Positions 18,579-28,058 are shown, numbered from the stretch's first letter. The stretch: 64,000 nucleotides of DNA from Candidatus Nomurabacteria bacterium GW2011_GWD2_36_14 (GCA_000991405.1 LBRL01000001.1:625841-689840), one strand, 5' to 3'. Notes: generated by a model not told the origin, from the sequence alone. Translations and numbers: made by a program.

Positions 18579-18629
18579 AAGGCCTTGCCTTGGGAGCACT
18601 AAAGGCAAGGCCTTTCCCCGAAAAATATG
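18579..18629. repeat. Palindromic ~50-nt intergenic element, copy 2 of 2 (X/Y element)
   Basis: AAGGccTTGCCTTGGGagcaCTAAAGGCAAggCCTTtcCCCGAAAAAT. The stem is 13 bp, and the gcc/ggc to aa/aa change relative to copy 1 preserves the stem. It abuts the ATG of the dedA-like gene at 18627. Confidence 0.45.
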
Positions 18630-19223
18630 CTTGATCCAATATTTTTAATAGAGACGGTAGGACTTATAGGAATTGTATTTATAATCTTTGCTGAGACGGG
18701 GCTCTTCTTTGGATTCTTTTTCCCCGGAGATTCCCTGCTGTTTACTGCGGGACTTCTAGCATCTCAAGGAATTTTCGATATTTACTCTCTTATAATCCTT
18801 TGCATACTTGGAGCGATACTAGGGGATAGTGTAGGATACTGGTCAGGAAAAAAGTATGGAAGAAAGCTCTTTGAGCGAGATGCGGGCTTCTTCTTCAAAA
18901 AGAAAAGAATATATGACGCAGAAGAATTCTATAAGAAGCATGGAAAGTATACAATTATCATTGCACGCTTCGTACCTATCATTCGTACTTTTGCTCCTAT
19001 TGTGGCAGGCATTGGGAAAATGCATTACTCTACTTTCATATCTTACAATATTATCGGCGGAATATTCTGGGTACTGTCTATAACCCTCTTGGGATATATT
19101 TTCGGTGGGATGATTACGAATCCGGATACATACATAATACCTATTGCCCTCCTCATAATCTTCATTTCTGTCATACCAATAATAATAAAAATTATTAAAA
19201 ATAAACTTGCAACTAAGAAATAA
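18627..19223 (+). CDS. DedA-family membrane protein
   Basis: FFPGDSLLFTAGLLASQG...GYWSGKKYGRKLFER...ARFVPIIRTFAPIVAGIGKMHY, the canonical DedA/VTT core. Confidence 0.85.
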   Translation: MLDPIFLIETVGLIGIVFIIFAETGLFFGFFFPGDSLLFTAGLLASQGIFDIYSLIILCILGAILGDSVGYWSGKKYGRKLFERDAGFFFKKKRIYDAEEFYKKHGKYTIIIARFVPIIRTFAPIVAGIGKMHYSTFISYNIIGGIFWVLSITLLGYIFGGMITNPDTYIIPIALLIIFISVIPIIIKIIKNKLATKK

Positions 19224-19248
19224 TTTTTTCTCATAAACTGTTTACTAC

Positions 19249-20901
19249 ATGAGAAATCGGGAGTATACTAGTAAAATAATGAAGCAATTATACAATCGTA
19301 ACTTTCCAACTCCTTCATACTTGGCGATGAATTCCTTTGCGATTGATATTTCTGATCAGTCTATAAAATACGGAGAACTACTGGCGACGCCACTGGGTCT
19401 TCGACTTGGGCGTTTCGGTAAAGAGAAGATACCTGCTGGGGTCGTAGTGTCAGGCAAGATTGAAAACGAAGAAAGTCTTGTCGGTATATTAAAAGATTTG
19501 AAAAAGAAAGAGAATCTCAAATTTGTCCGTGTATCGCTTCCTGAAGAGCAGATGTACTTGTTTACACTTTCCTTGCCTAAGGCCAACGACAAAGACTTGC
19601 GAGATATGATTCTACTTCAGATAGAAGAGCACATACCACTGAAGGCGATGGATACTATATTTGAATATGACACTATTTCAACTTCACCTACTAATATCTT
19701 GGTAGAAGTTTCTGCTATTGCCAGCTCGACAGCCGAAGGGTACTTGTCGGCTTTTGATAAGGCAGGGCTATCAGTACTATCCTTTGAACTTGAGGCACAA
19801 GCTATAGCTAGAGCTGTGATACCGACAGATGACAAAGAACCTACAATGATAGTAGACTTCGGAGATACAAGGACAGGAGTTTCTATAGTGCATGATGGCA
19901 AAGTATTCTTCACCACGACGCTTGATATGGGAGGAATTAATCTGACCAACATGATAGCCAAGAACTTCTCTCTATCTTTCGATAAAGCTGAAGAAATGAA
20001 GCGTTCGTATGGACTAGATGGGATTTCAAATATTGAAGACATCTTCCCAGTTATCCTAAATGGAATTTCAGTCTTGAGAGATGAGTTGAACAAGCAGTAC
20101 CAATACTGGAAGAATCACGACAACTACGGCATATCTCATGATGAGATAACCAAGATAATTCTCTGCGGAGGAGACTCGAACCTAACTGGACTATCTGACT
20201 ACTTAGAAGCTAGTATGAAAATAAAAGTAGAGCATGCCAATGCTTGGGTAAATATTTCTGATATGAAGACGTCGGTTCCTAGTATGTCCTTCCAAGAGTC
20301 CTTGGGGTATGCGACAGTCTTGGGGCTTGCTTTGGGAGGGTTCTCTTATGTATCGAATCCTGTTGTCAACGTATTGCCAGAGGATTACAAGATCGCACTA
20401 AAAAAAGAATATTGGAAAAGATTTGTAATTACTGTCCTACTTTTCTGTTCGGCCTTATTTATAATATTTACACTTTTGTTGCTACCATCTTACCTACTAT
20501 CTGCTTCCAAGCAACAAATATCTGAAAGTAAGCTCGTAGAATTCAACGAAATTAACAAAGACATAACCAGCTTTGATATGGATACAACTATCTCTGATAT
20601 TAATACTAAATTAGAAATATTGTCATCGGCAAATGGAGGTCACTCTGTATATGAAGATATCCTCACCGCGATACTTGCTAGTAGACCCAAAGGGGTTACT
20701 TTCAATCAGATAGTATTTAACCAGAAGAAGGACAAAAAATTGTCAGTCGATATCCACGGTAAAGCTCTCGATCGAGCTACACTACGTAACTTCAAAGCAG
20801 TTCTAGATAGTAATCCTAAAATCGCGACGGTGACTCTACCCATATCTGACTTCTTAGAAAAGACGAATTTGAACTTTACCATTTCACTTATCATGAAATA
20901 A
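19249..20901 (+). CDS. Type IV pilus assembly PilM (actin-like ATPase) fused to a PilN-like transmembrane C-terminal domain
   Basis: PilM-like N-terminal region (SFAIDISDQSIKYGEL ... CGGDSNLTGLSDYL) followed by a TM helix (VITVLLFCSALFIIFTLLLL) and a periplasmic PilN-like tail. The true start may be an internal Met at 19279 or 19327. Confidence 0.65.
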   Translation: MRNREYTSKIMKQLYNRNFPTPSYLAMNSFAIDISDQSIKYGELLATPLGLRLGRFGKEKIPAGVVVSGKIENEESLVGILKDLKKKENLKFVRVSLPEEQMYLFTLSLPKANDKDLRDMILLQIEEHIPLKAMDTIFEYDTISTSPTNILVEVSAIASSTAEGYLSAFDKAGLSVLSFELEAQAIARAVIPTDDKEPTMIVDFGDTRTGVSIVHDGKVFFTTTLDMGGINLTNMIAKNFSLSFDKAEEMKRSYGLDGISNIEDIFPVILNGISVLRDELNKQYQYWKNHDNYGISHDEITKIILCGGDSNLTGLSDYLEASMKIKVEHANAWVNISDMKTSVPSMSFQESLGYATVLGLALGGFSYVSNPVVNVLPEDYKIALKKEYWKRFVITVLLFCSALFIIFTLLLLPSYLLSASKQQISESKLVEFNEINKDITSFDMDTTISDINTKLEILSSANGGHSVYEDILTAILASRPKGVTFNQIVFNQKKDKKLSVDIHGKALDRATLRNFKAVLDSNPKIATVTLPISDFLEKTNLNFTISLIMK

Positions 20902-20910
20902 ATTTAATAT

Positions 20911-21492
20911 ATGAAAAAAAGTAATACAAACTTAATACTTATCATATCCGTCCTGCTCTTTATAATCTCTGTGGGGTTGTTTGTATACATATATAGAGTT
21001 ATCGAAAACAAGAACAGGCATACCTCGGCTGTCATGGCGACTCTCAATAATAAAATAGCAGAGAAAGAAAATATAAATGTTCTAAATAAAAAGATGGCGG
21101 AGCTAGGAGATGTGCAGAAAAGGATAGGAAGCTATCTGGTGGATACTTCGCAGATTGATACATTTGTAGGATATCTAGAGGAGATGGGGGCAGACAACAA
21201 TATAGACTTATCGGTCAAAAGTGTAGAAGTTCCTAAAAATGAAAAGAATAAAATCTCCTTATCTATAGACATAAGAGGAAGCTTTGAAAATATTCTGAAA
21301 GGGATATCCTTGCTAGAAAATGCTCCATACAATATAAGCGTAACATCTTTGTTCTTAAATAAAGATATGACAGAGAATGAATCTGACCAGAACATTTTCT
21401 TAGAGACTACTCCAGCTAAAACGAAAGAAGTCTTTACTCCTGCGAAGTCTGTATGGCAAGCCAACTTATCATTTAATGTGTTAAGTTTATAA
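20911..21492 (+). CDS. PilO-like pilus assembly protein (single TM, coiled coil)
   Basis: N-terminal TM helix, a coiled-coil segment and a periplasmic domain. It sits directly downstream of the pilM/N gene. Confidence 0.45.
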   Translation: MKKSNTNLILIISVLLFIISVGLFVYIYRVIENKNRHTSAVMATLNNKIAEKENINVLNKKMAELGDVQKRIGSYLVDTSQIDTFVGYLEEMGADNNIDLSVKSVEVPKNEKNKISLSIDIRGSFENILKGISLLENAPYNISVTSLFLNKDMTENESDQNIFLETTPAKTKEVFTPAKSVWQANLSFNVLSL

Positions 21493-21499
21493 AATCCAT

Positions 21500-21817
21500 A
21501 TGAAAACTTTTTTAACAAAAATTAAAGACATGGGAAAATCTTTCCATAACTTCTGCAAGATTAATCCTTATAAGCAATGGATGACACTTCTGTATACATT
21601 CTTCGTAATAGTATTTATCTGCATTTTGTCCAGTTTTTACCTTCTGTATGAAATAAAAAATGATAAGATCTTTCAAGTGAAAGTGGAGCAGGTAGAGAAA
21701 AAGAGCTTGCTAAAAGAAGATCTTCTAAAAAAGACGATAAACTTGTACGACACGAAGTTCAAGAAAGAAACCGATTTAATAAGCAACCCCCCAGTATTTA
21801 AAGACCCGAGTTTATAG
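21500..21817 (+). CDS. Hypothetical small membrane protein, possibly PilP-like
   Basis: 105 aa with one TM helix. Third gene of the pilM/N/O-like cluster. Confidence 0.35.
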   Translation: MKTFLTKIKDMGKSFHNFCKINPYKQWMTLLYTFFVIVFICILSSFYLLYEIKNDKIFQVKVEQVEKKSLLKEDLLKKTINLYDTKFKKETDLISNPPVFKDPSL

Positions 21818-21887
21818 GAAACTTGAATTTTAATGGAATTATGCTAGTATAAAAGCGTGTAAAGATTTCACGATCGTTGAAGAATAT

Positions 21888-21960
21888 GCGCGCTTAGCTC
21901 AGTTGGTAGAGCAACTCATTTACACTGAGAAGGTCGGGGGTTCAAGTCCCTCAGCGCGCA
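21888..21960 (+). tRNA. tRNA-Val, anticodon TAC
   Basis: Acceptor GCGCGCT/AGCGCGC, D-arm GCTCAGTTGGTAGAGC, anticodon loop TTTACAC, T-arm GGGGGTTCAAGTCCCTC. Confidence 0.85.
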
Positions 21961-21982
21961 CAAAGCTCATAAGGCCCCTTCT

Positions 21983-22053
21983 GCCCCTGTAGTTCAATGG
22001 ATAGAACTGCGGACTTCTAAGCCGTCGATGTAGGTTCGATTCCTGCCAGGGGC
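21983..22053 (+). tRNA. tRNA-Arg, anticodon TCT
   Basis: Acceptor GCCCCTG/CAGGGGC, D-arm GTTCAATGGATAGAAC, anticodon loop CTTCTAA (one A-G mismatch closes the stem), T-arm GTAGGTTCGATTCCTGC. Confidence 0.8.
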
Positions 22054-22055
22054 AC

Positions 22056-22844
22056 ATGAAATTAAAAATCCTTTTCGAAGACAAGAATATCTTGGTTATA
22101 GACAAACCGGCGGGTATTGCTGTGCATGCAGATGCTCGAACTAAGAAAAATGAAAAAACTATTGCTGATCTAATACTTGATTACGATAAATCTATTGCCA
22201 AAGTAGGGGAGCCTATGACCATAGAGTACAAGGGTGAGGAGATTAAAATAAAACGCCCCGGCATAGTGCATCGTCTAGATAGAGAGACTTCCGGAGTCTT
22301 GCTTGTGGCCAAGAATCAGAAAACATTTCTGTTCCTCAAGGAACAATTCCAGAATCATACTATCGAGAAAGTATATAGAGCATTTGTATATGGGCATGTG
22401 TCAGATCCAAAGGCTTCGCTTGCTACTGGCAAGAAGGGAATTATAGATGTTCCAATAGGACGCTCGCCGATAGATATACGTATGTGGACAGCTGGACGGG
22501 GAGCTCGCCCACCTCTACGAGACGCAGTGACAGGATACAAAGTTCTAGAAAGATTTTCGGATAATGATACAAAGGGTCTTAATCAAGACAATAAATTCTC
22601 GTATATAGAAGCATATCCAAAGACTGGCAGAACTCACCAGATCCGAGTACATATGAGGTACATCAACCACCCTGTCGTTTCAGATCCACTTTATAGAGGT
22701 AATCAAGAACTAGCCCTTGGAATGAAGAGATTGGCTCTGCATTCCTACTCTATAACTTTCCGAATGCCAAATGGTGATAAGAAAACCATAGAGTCTCCAC
22801 TACCAGCCGACTTTACAAAGGTAATAAAAGAGTATTTACAATAA
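22056..22844 (+). CDS. RluA-family pseudouridine synthase
   Basis: HRLDRETSGVLLVAKN catalytic-Asp motif and downstream RluA core. No N-terminal S4 domain. The ORF begins immediately after tRNA-Arg. Confidence 0.8.
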   Translation: MKLKILFEDKNILVIDKPAGIAVHADARTKKNEKTIADLILDYDKSIAKVGEPMTIEYKGEEIKIKRPGIVHRLDRETSGVLLVAKNQKTFLFLKEQFQNHTIEKVYRAFVYGHVSDPKASLATGKKGIIDVPIGRSPIDIRMWTAGRGARPPLRDAVTGYKVLERFSDNDTKGLNQDNKFSYIEAYPKTGRTHQIRVHMRYINHPVVSDPLYRGNQELALGMKRLALHSYSITFRMPNGDKKTIESPLPADFTKVIKEYLQ

Positions 22845-22848
22845 TCTT

Positions 22849-22986
22849 GTCCCCACACCTACTTTTTAATTATTGTGCTTTTGTGACTTTTTCTCTCAAA
22901 ATGGTGTTTCTTATATATAAAAATATACAATATTATCATTAAAGTAATGGCACAATTTAAAAGCCATAAAAAAGTAGGTGTGGGGG
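22849..22986. repeat. Long nested inverted repeat flanking a ~75-nt AT-rich core
   Basis: GTCCCCACACCTACTTTTTAATTATTGTGC ... GCACAATTTAAAAGCCATAAAAAAGTAGGTGTGGGGGC. The outer arm is 19 bp and perfect; the inner arm is 7 bp. It lies between the RluA gene and rplS. Confidence 0.45.
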
Positions 22987-23023
22987 CTTGCTCTAAATAG
23001 GTATATATGATAAAGTAGAACCC

Positions 23024-23431
23024 ATGGAAATAACGAAAAAACAATTTACTCCTGTTGAGCAGAACGACCGAAAAAACCTTGATTTTAAGGCTGGTGACAC
23101 TGTCCGCGTCTGGAATAAAATAATGGAAAAAGGAAAAGTTCGTCTTCAGGCTTTTGAAGGACTAGTTCTCTCACGTAAGCATGGTACTGAAAGTGGAGCC
23201 ACATTTACAATACGAAAAGTAGCTAGTGGAGTTGGAGTAGAACGTATCTTTCCTTTATATTCTCCAAATATTGATAAGATTGAAATCCTAAGAAAGTCTA
23301 AAACTCGCCGTAACAAGCTTTACTACATCCGAACAAAGGCGGTTAAGGAAGTGAAGAAGAGATTAAAGAGTATTACAATATCAAGAGAAGACAAGGCAGA
23401 AGATGTTGTAGAAGAAAAATCAGCAGAATAA
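23024..23431 (+). CDS. rplS: 50S ribosomal protein L19
   Basis: DFKAGDTVRVWNKIMEKGKVRLQAFEGLVLSRKHGTESGATFTIRKVASGVGVERIFPLYSP. C-terminal extension. Confidence 0.85.
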   Translation: MEITKKQFTPVEQNDRKNLDFKAGDTVRVWNKIMEKGKVRLQAFEGLVLSRKHGTESGATFTIRKVASGVGVERIFPLYSPNIDKIEILRKSKTRRNKLYYIRTKAVKEVKKRLKSITISREDKAEDVVEEKSAE

Positions 23432-23458
23432 AAACAGCCCTGAGGGCTGTTTTTTTGA
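23431..23458 (+). terminator. Rho-independent terminator of rplS
   Basis: AAAACAGCCC-TGA-GGGCTGTTTTTTT. Confidence 0.7.
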
Positions 23459-23508
23459 TTGAAAAAATCTTAATAATTCGTTATACTCGAGATGTTTGAA
23501 GTATTAAT

Positions 23509-23592
23509 GCACGGGTGGCGAAACTGGTAGACGCACTACCTTGAGGTGGTAGCGCCCGCAAGGGCATGGAAGTTCAAATCTTCTCTCGTGCA
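23509..23592 (+). tRNA. tRNA-Leu, anticodon GAG (type II)
   Basis: Acceptor GCACGGG/CTCGTGC, anticodon stem CTACC/GGTAG with loop TTGAGGT, long variable arm, T-arm GGAAGTTCAAATCTTCT. Confidence 0.85.
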
Positions 23593-23641
23593 CAATAATA
23601 AAAACCTTCTTTCTGAAGGTTTTTATTATTGTGCACGAGAG
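23583..23641 (+). terminator. Extended 27-bp hairpin formed by the tRNA-Leu 3' acceptor strand and its downstream inverted copy
   Basis: CTCTCGTGCACAATAATAAAAACCTTC-TTTC-TGAAGGTTTTTATTATTGTGCACGAGAG. The first 11 nt are the 3' end of the tRNA. Confidence 0.6.
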
Positions 23642-23780
23642 TGAGACAACTGCTTGTCTCACGTAGAGGAGTTGAAGACCTTGAGCTTGGATTTTGAAAT
23701 GTTAATTTCAAAATACGCGAAAGGTGTACAGAATCTGTAAGATTCAAGAAGCGTACTCGCGGTCATCTCTGTTGCGCAAA
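23634..23780 (+). repeat. tRNA-linked ~150-nt conserved element, copy B (downstream of tRNA-Leu)
   Basis: Aligns with the reverse complement of 15990..16128 and partially with 28059..28076. It contains the hairpins GTGAGACA-actgct-TGTCTCAC and GAATCT-GTA-AGATTC. Confidence 0.5.
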
Positions 23781-23868
23781 CTAAAAATTATGAGGCAAGA
23801 CTATTTTATAATTTACTTGCTTATCCAAATGCTTCCGTAACTAAAATTAATTGGATAAAATAAAGTTT

Positions 23869-24729
23869 TTATCCAATTTTTAAAAGAACAATACCAACAA
23901 AACTCAAAAATGCGAGTAAGATTTTCTTTTTTGTTAATTTTTCTTTGAAGAAAATTAAACCAAAAATTCCAGCGATAAAAGTATACGCGGGGTGGATTGC
24001 ATAAACTCCCGAAAGTGGACCAAAAGAAAGGGCTTTGAAAATTGCGTAACCGCCCGCGACAGAAAACAAACCTATAAGAACCGAACCTTTCCAGTATTTG
24101 TCTAAATGAGTTATATTTACAAATTTTTCCTTTTCAAAAATGTATGCAATTAAAAGACCAAAAAGTGCGGCACCTAGATATTGCCAGAGCATAAAGTGAG
24201 AAACAGAATCATTAACTGCACCCAACTTCTGAATATATTTTGACGCAGTCGATGAAACTATAATTCCCAGAGAAAGTAAAATAGTTTTTTGATCGAGTGG
24301 GAATGAGCCAGTTTTTCTTGTGAAAAGAAAAACTGAAAGTAAAATAATTGCAATACCAGCTGTCTGTATAATAGAAACATGTTCAGAGAGAACAGTTATG
24401 CCGATTAAAACAGTAACAACACTTCCAATTGATGATGTAACTGGATACGCTGAATTTGTCTCAACATTTTGAAGTAAAATCTTTTGTAAAACCATATTAA
24501 TAGCAAAGAATCCACCCCAAACTATTGCATACCAAGATATGGTTGATAATCCTGATAAATAACTTTGACCAAACAATACAAGAGCTATTAACACAAAAAA
24601 TGCTGAAAAAAGATTTGTCCAAAACGTAGAAAAGAAACTACTATAACCCTTGAATGAGGGCATTTTGTACAAAGACATTGATATACCCAGCAATATTGTT
24701 GAGGCAATTGAATATGAAAGCCAGTTCAT
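23869..24729 (-). CDS. DMT-superfamily (EamA-like) transporter
   Basis: 286 aa, about 10 TM helices in two repeated halves. Assignment is from topology only. Confidence 0.5.
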   Translation of the reverse strand: MNWLSYSIASTILLGISMSLYKMPSFKGYSSFFSTFWTNLFSAFFVLIALVLFGQSYLSGLSTISWYAIVWGGFFAINMVLQKILLQNVETNSAYPVTSSIGSVVTVLIGITVLSEHVSIIQTAGIAIILLSVFLFTRKTGSFPLDQKTILLSLGIIVSSTASKYIQKLGAVNDSVSHFMLWQYLGAALFGLLIAYIFEKEKFVNITHLDKYWKGSVLIGLFSVAGGYAIFKALSFGPLSGVYAIHPAYTFIAGIFGLIFFKEKLTKKKILLAFLSFVGIVLLKIG

Positions 24730-24885
24730 AATATTTACTTTAACATAAATTCGTTTTTCATTCTATTCTTTAGGGAGCAAAATTTATGTGTGAAATGGAG
24801 AGTAGGTTGAGCACAATAATAAGATATGTATCTAGATCTTGCCTCACGATTTTTAAATATCAGCTTTTAATATATAATAGATGAT

Positions 24886-25458
24886 ATGATAACATTTTTA
24901 TTTAGTTTATTTACGTGGATTGCTTTCTTGGTTCTTTTGATAGTATTTTTTTTATTACTTTTATGGATGTGGAGCAGTATAAAAGCAAAAGTTCCATTTA
25001 TAGGAGTTCCTACTAAAACTTTAAAAGATATAGAGAAAGCTCTTAATATAAACGAAGATAGTGTTGTCTACGATTTAGGTTGTGGGGATGGAAGAGTTCT
25101 TTTTTATTTATACAAGAATAATCCTAAGGCTAAATATATAGGAATTGAAAATAGCCAATTCCCCCTCCTTGTTTTCAATGTTAGGAATTGGTTTTTCAAG
25201 AGAAAAAACAAATCGAATATTTCAATCATTGGAAAAGACTTTTTTGATGTAAACTTGTCAGATGCTACTCATATATTTACTTATCTTTACCCAAATGTAA
25301 TGGATGACTTACTTGCAAAGTTTGATAAAGAACTTAAGAGGGGAACTCGCCTTGTATCAGCATCCTTCCACTTTACAACAAAACGTGAAGTAGAAGTCCT
25401 TGATCTAAAAAGAGGTAAATGGGAGCTTGCAAGGGAGATTTATGTGTATGAATTCTAA
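24886..25458 (+). CDS. Class I SAM-dependent methyltransferase with N-terminal TM anchor
   Basis: VVYDLGCGDGRVLFYL SAM-binding motif I. TM helix at residues 5-30. Confidence 0.65.
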   Translation: MITFLFSLFTWIAFLVLLIVFFLLLLWMWSSIKAKVPFIGVPTKTLKDIEKALNINEDSVVYDLGCGDGRVLFYLYKNNPKAKYIGIENSQFPLLVFNVRNWFFKRKNKSNISIIGKDFFDVNLSDATHIFTYLYPNVMDDLLAKFDKELKRGTRLVSASFHFTTKREVEVLDLKRGKWELAREIYVYEF

Positions 25459-25523
25459 ATAAGTTAACATTTTCTGAGATTTTATTTTACTAAAACTTCT
25501 CTAAGAGGTATAATAAACCTAGT

Positions 25524-27656
25524 ATGACTACTGGCGAACTAATAGACTACATAAAGTCACAGCTTAATAAAAATATTCCTAAATATTTAATTATTTCTCG
25601 CCTCATAGAAGTTGGGTGGAGGATGGAAGATATAGAGGAAGGCTTTTCAAATATAGAACCCAAAGTAGCTCTGCCAGTTGCAGAACCTATAAAACCAGTA
25701 GAACCACAAGTCTTCGAGCCAGTAATTCAGCCAGTAGAACTTGAAAAACCAACAGTGGAGCCAGTAGTAGAACCTTTAAAGCAAGAAGAGCCCAAAAAGA
25801 TTTGGACTCCTATTGTAGTAGAACCCAAGACCGTAGATGTAAGTAAGCCATCGGCTATAGAACTATACAATCTAGAAATCGAACAAGCAGAAAAGCCAGT
25901 AGTAGAAGTAGCTTCTATGGAAGAAGCACCAAAAACAATTACCCACAAATTTGAAGTATCGAATATAGAGATCCCTAAAGAAGAAGCGCCTGTAGAAGCA
26001 CTTGTAGAAATGCCAGCAGAAGAACTTATACCTACAATCAACAAGGAAGTTAAACCTTCATCGGAATATTTAGACTTACAGAGAGATAGTCAGGCGATAC
26101 TAGATCCATATATTGACAATGCTCCTGTTGTAAAGGCCAACATGTCAGATGTTGTACCTAGGACGGCGATGATATCTTCGTATTCTCAAGATATTTTGTC
26201 TGCAAATACCACAGAAGAAAGCCCAAAGCCTGTAATACAGAAGAAGTCTATTATAAAAATATTGATTGTTATTCTCATCTGTTCGTTCGTTGGAGGAATG
26301 GTCTTTGCTTTTGTAAGTGGTAGCATCAAATTACCTGGATTCAAGAAAAGCTTTTCTATTGTGAAGAAAGATCCTAGAAGTATAATTCTAAATACTCCAA
26401 ACAATATCTCAAAATTAAAATCATATAAAATAGAAAGTGAAGTGACCGTGTCCTCTCCATCGTTTTCAAGTATTACGACAGGACTTGCTAGTGGGGAAGC
26501 CGTTACTTCAAAAGACAAAGAATCCATTGCTATTATCGTTAAAGGAATGGCCAATCATGTAAACAACAAACTAGTCTTTGATAATCTTGTAACACTTAAA
26601 AGTTCTATATTAGAAAATGATATTGTAAGTGATTGGAAGTACGACGGATCTACTTTCTACGTGTCGGTTCCTGACTTAAACTTAGTAATAGGCAAGGATG
26701 CACCTGCCCCTGCCCTAGTACAACTAACTCCAGATCAGCTTGGAACTATGGTGCCACAATTCTCTCCAGAGATTGCAGATATGATAAAGAAAGTAGACAT
26801 ATACAACGTTATGTCGGAAGGAGTGCCCTTATATGTGAGGACGGAAGCCACTTCTATAGTTAAAGAATTTATCAATAGTACAGAGTATACAGGTAAAGGG
26901 AAGGAAGATATCCATGGCGTTAGCACCTACCATTATGAACTGACCGCAGACCGTCCTTCTACTAAAAAGCTTGTGGGCTCCTTGGTAGATCTTCTGACAA
27001 TGAAGTTGCCAGCAGACCAGAGACAGAATCTAGATGAGGCTATCGGGGCCTCTTCTATAACTGCTTTCGAGGTATGGATTGGAGAGAATGATGATAATTT
27101 GTACCAGATCAAATTTACTTTGAACATGCCTCTATCAAGAGTCTTGGGATTAAATGATAGTGGTATAGGAGATAATGAAGTTAAACTAGAATGGAGAACT
27201 ACTTACTTTGACATAGATGTGGAGAACAAGATTGATATGCCGAGTGATGCAATAGATATGAAAACTTTTATAAATAATGTAAAAGATACAAAAATAAAAA
27301 GCATGGCTTCTGCCTTCCTTGCACAAGCGACAGTCTTTAAAAATGCAGTAGGCTCGTATGGATCTAGGTCTAATCCAACAGGAAGTTGTACGAACCCAAA
27401 TCCTAGCTCACTCTTCTCTCCAAAGGGGCATAAAAAGAGTGCCGATACAGCCATTGCTTCTATCTCGGCTTCGATGAACTCACTACTGAGTGATACCAAT
27501 GGACTAGGGTCTTGCTACTCTACTTCTACTGCTTGGGCGATAGCTCTACCTTTGTTCAGCAATCCGGATCCAGCAAATCCAAGTTACTATTGTACTGATA
27601 GCAGTGGCAATACGACTACTCTTACAAACGCTATAACAGGTCCAATCTGTAAATAA
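25524..27656 (+). CDS. Large membrane-anchored surface protein with Pro/Glu/Val-rich repeat linker (hypothetical)
   Basis: 710 aa. N-terminal cytoplasmic domain, (PVEP/EPVV)n linker, one TM helix (ILIVILICSFVGGMVFAFV), a large extracytoplasmic domain and a Cys-containing C-terminus. Confidence 0.55.
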   Translation: MTTGELIDYIKSQLNKNIPKYLIISRLIEVGWRMEDIEEGFSNIEPKVALPVAEPIKPVEPQVFEPVIQPVELEKPTVEPVVEPLKQEEPKKIWTPIVVEPKTVDVSKPSAIELYNLEIEQAEKPVVEVASMEEAPKTITHKFEVSNIEIPKEEAPVEALVEMPAEELIPTINKEVKPSSEYLDLQRDSQAILDPYIDNAPVVKANMSDVVPRTAMISSYSQDILSANTTEESPKPVIQKKSIIKILIVILICSFVGGMVFAFVSGSIKLPGFKKSFSIVKKDPRSIILNTPNNISKLKSYKIESEVTVSSPSFSSITTGLASGEAVTSKDKESIAIIVKGMANHVNNKLVFDNLVTLKSSILENDIVSDWKYDGSTFYVSVPDLNLVIGKDAPAPALVQLTPDQLGTMVPQFSPEIADMIKKVDIYNVMSEGVPLYVRTEATSIVKEFINSTEYTGKGKEDIHGVSTYHYELTADRPSTKKLVGSLVDLLTMKLPADQRQNLDEAIGASSITAFEVWIGENDDNLYQIKFTLNMPLSRVLGLNDSGIGDNEVKLEWRTTYFDIDVENKIDMPSDAIDMKTFINNVKDTKIKSMASAFLAQATVFKNAVGSYGSRSNPTGSCTNPNPSSLFSPKGHKKSADTAIASISASMNSLLSDTNGLGSCYSTSTAWAIALPLFSNPDPANPSYYCTDSSGNTTTLTNAITGPICK

Positions 27657-27772
27657 CATAAATAATCTCCACATTCACCTCCCGCCTAGATTTTTTAGGC
27701 ATTTTCTGGTATAACTGGGTAGTTACCACAGTATTTCATGGTGGTAAATAATAGTGTTTGTGTATATGACAT

Positions 27773-27846
27773 GGTGCCTATAGTGTAATGGTTAGCACTA
27801 GAGTTTGTGGAACTCTCAGTCTGGGTTCAAATCCCAGTAGGCACCC
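27773..27846 (+). tRNA. tRNA-His, anticodon GTG
   Basis: Acceptor GGTGCCT/AGGCACC, D-arm AGTGTAATGGTTAGCACT, anticodon stem AGAGT/ACTCT with loop TTGTGGA, T-arm CTGGGTTCAAATCCCAG, discriminator C. G-1 is not encoded. Confidence 0.85.
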
Positions 27847-28058
27847 CAAAAATAAAGAAGTAAATATATTAATATTTACGGATTATATTTTGGCGTGCCT
27901 ACTGGGATTTGTAAACCGCAGGCGGTATACAAGCAAGTTACTACTTGGCTTGTCGCCGAGGTGGGGTCGAGAGTACTTAGTCTACGGAAGGTGTAATCAT
28001 CTGAGTAGACTTAGTAACTCGTGACAATTCCCAGTAGTGTTATATTATGTAATAGTCA

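Noticed and set aside
21920-22105. 61-aa minus-strand ORF.
   Set aside because: It overlaps tRNA-Val and tRNA-Arg on the opposite strand, so it is an artefact of tRNA sequence.
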